A stretch of DNA of 35,229 nt from a virus (Duplodnaviria; Caudoviricetes), in the IMG/VR virus record IMGVR_UViG_3300012942_000091, positions 1 through 35,229 of that record. One strand, 5' to 3'. The notes under the pieces are model-generated. The model did no database searches and was not told the DNA's origin. It saw only the letters and a program-made list of their open reading frames with translations. Position numbers and translations under genes: made by a program. Below are positions 33,962-35,229 of the stretch, piece by piece. Position 1 is the stretch's first letter. Every line of letters begins with the position of its first letter.

Positions 33962-35228
33962 CGTCTCCTGACGTCAAGTAGGACTGCGCGGAGTCTTCGC
34001 CATCATAGAACGAAACTGCGGTGCTACTCTTTATCTTCTGTGCCTCTCGTACTAGATAGTGCGAAGCCCTAAGGCCAGCATTGGCCGGAATGGTTCCTGA
34101 GGCGGCGTACACCCTTATGGCCTTACCGACCAGTCTTGTATCAGATGGCAAGGATACGGCCGAACCAACAATGGTGACGGGGTCTCCATTAAGCTCCAGG
34201 TGTATTCTGGAGTACCCGTAGTTGAGGCTTACGCTGCTCTCGTCGCTGGACTTGGCATCGATCGATACCCCAAGCTGGCCCTTGACCTTGATTATAGTCT
34301 TGTTGACGGTGATGTTCATTGCGATAGTAACTGGCAGTTCGCCGTGAGCTGTATATATCTTCTTAGCTATCGCCGTCATACCCGCTTCTATTGTGGCGCT
34401 TCCTGATACGAGACGCACAAGCATCTCTTTGGAAGACCCTATCGCAGTAGCGATTGGCAATACTCCATAGGCCTTACCGGCGATGCTGGCCGCACCTATC
34501 GTTCCCACCGCTATAGGTAGGGATGCGCTTCTTGAGTAGATAGGGGCTGAGGCTACTGCATGTATTCTTACCTCGAACGGAAGCGTTCCGGAAGCCTTCA
34601 TAACCACGGTAGGAACGCCGGTTAGATATACGTTGGCCTTCGCCTGTCCTGAAGCATATGCCACCGTCTTTGTGGTAGCGGAAGGAGATACATTGACGCC
34701 CACTGCCCCAGTGATGGGGATTGGTACGTAGGAAGCCACGCCGACCAGGCCGACATCTATGGTGGCGCCGGTCAGTGAGGTGTTGGGAGAGAGCACGATG
34801 TAGGTGGTTGATACTTCATCCCAAAGAGCTTTATCTTCCGAATGGAAGTAAGCATAGTTGGCAACATAGTAGGAGTCATCGAAAATTGAGAAACTGCTAG
34901 CAACCGGGGTGTTCGGAAGCACCAAGCTTGACGTAGACGCGACGGAAAGCATTACCCCTGGTCGACCTAGTTCTCCAGGAGAAGCAACCGACATAGCGGC
35001 ATCGGCCCCTCCAGACCATTGTGCTGTGGGGGCTCCATCGTGCTTGCTGACATGCGAAAGCACGAATAGTACGGATGCAGTGTTCTCCGGTGTGGCAGAT
35101 ACAGACCCTTCGATAGTTGAGTAGGTACCAATAATCTTAGAGTTTACCTTACTGAAGCTTCCGTAGTCGATGGCAGTGTCTGGCGTGAGTTCAAGTATAG
35201 TGCCAACCAGACGGAAATACTGCCTTTG
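33951..35228 (-). CDS. Virion structural protein, 5'-truncated by the window edge
   Basis: The frame has no stop from 35228 to 33951. Ala/Ser/Val/Gly-rich beta repeats. Confidence 0.75.
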   Translation of the reverse strand, partial: QRQYFRLVGTILELTPDTAIDYGSFSKVNSKIIGTYSTIEGSVSATPENTASVLFVLSHVSKHDGAPTAQWSGGADAAMSVASPGELGRPGVMLSVASTSSLVLPNTPVASSFSIFDDSYYVANYAYFHSEDKALWDEVSTTYIVLSPNTSLTGATIDVGLVGVASYVPIPITGAVGVNVSPSATTKTVAYASGQAKANVYLTGVPTVVMKASGTLPFEVRIHAVASAPIYSRSASLPIAVGTIGAASIAGKAYGVLPIATAIGSSKEMLVRLVSGSATIEAGMTAIAKKIYTAHGELPVTIAMNITVNKTIIKVKGQLGVSIDAKSSDESSVSLNYGYSRIHLELNGDPVTIVGSAVSLPSDTRLVGKAIRVYAASGTIPANAGLRASHYLVREAQKIKSSTAVSFYDGEDSAQSYLTSGDDDD

Positions 35229-35229
35229 C

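Noticed and set aside
1-35229. CRISPR array, integrase, transposase or reverse transcriptase
   Set aside because: No regularly spaced repeats and none of the corresponding protein motifs were seen.

Overview
This window is part of a large contractile-tailed (myovirus-type) actinobacteriophage genome. Its organisation resembles cluster-C mycobacteriophages and Rhodococcus phage E3; that assignment is inferred from gene types and order, and no search was run. Region 1-2.9 kb is a minus-strand RNA array with 10 tRNAs, an oppositely oriented HNH endonuclease and many non-tRNA structured RNAs. These include two Y RNA-like elements (one with a circularly permuted tRNA domain, YrlA-type, and one without it), an orphan tRNA-Ala 3' half that can refold as a G3:U70 minihelix, and several unassigned multi-stem RNAs. 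Region 2.9-8.1 kb is a divergently transcribed block of small accessory genes, including a DUF2786 + HEXXH (Rv0184/Rv0185-like) pair, driven by SigA-type promoters that share a spacer motif. Region 8.1-12.3 kb holds a metallophosphoesterase, an AT-rich intergenic segment and an SNF2 helicase. Region 12.4-35.2 kb is a minus-strand virion operon: neck, sheath, tube, frameshifted chaperones, tape measure, hub with peptidoglycan hydrolase inserts, baseplate and a large Asp-box-propeller tail protein. All RNA folds were derived by eye and all protein calls come from motif recognition and synteny.
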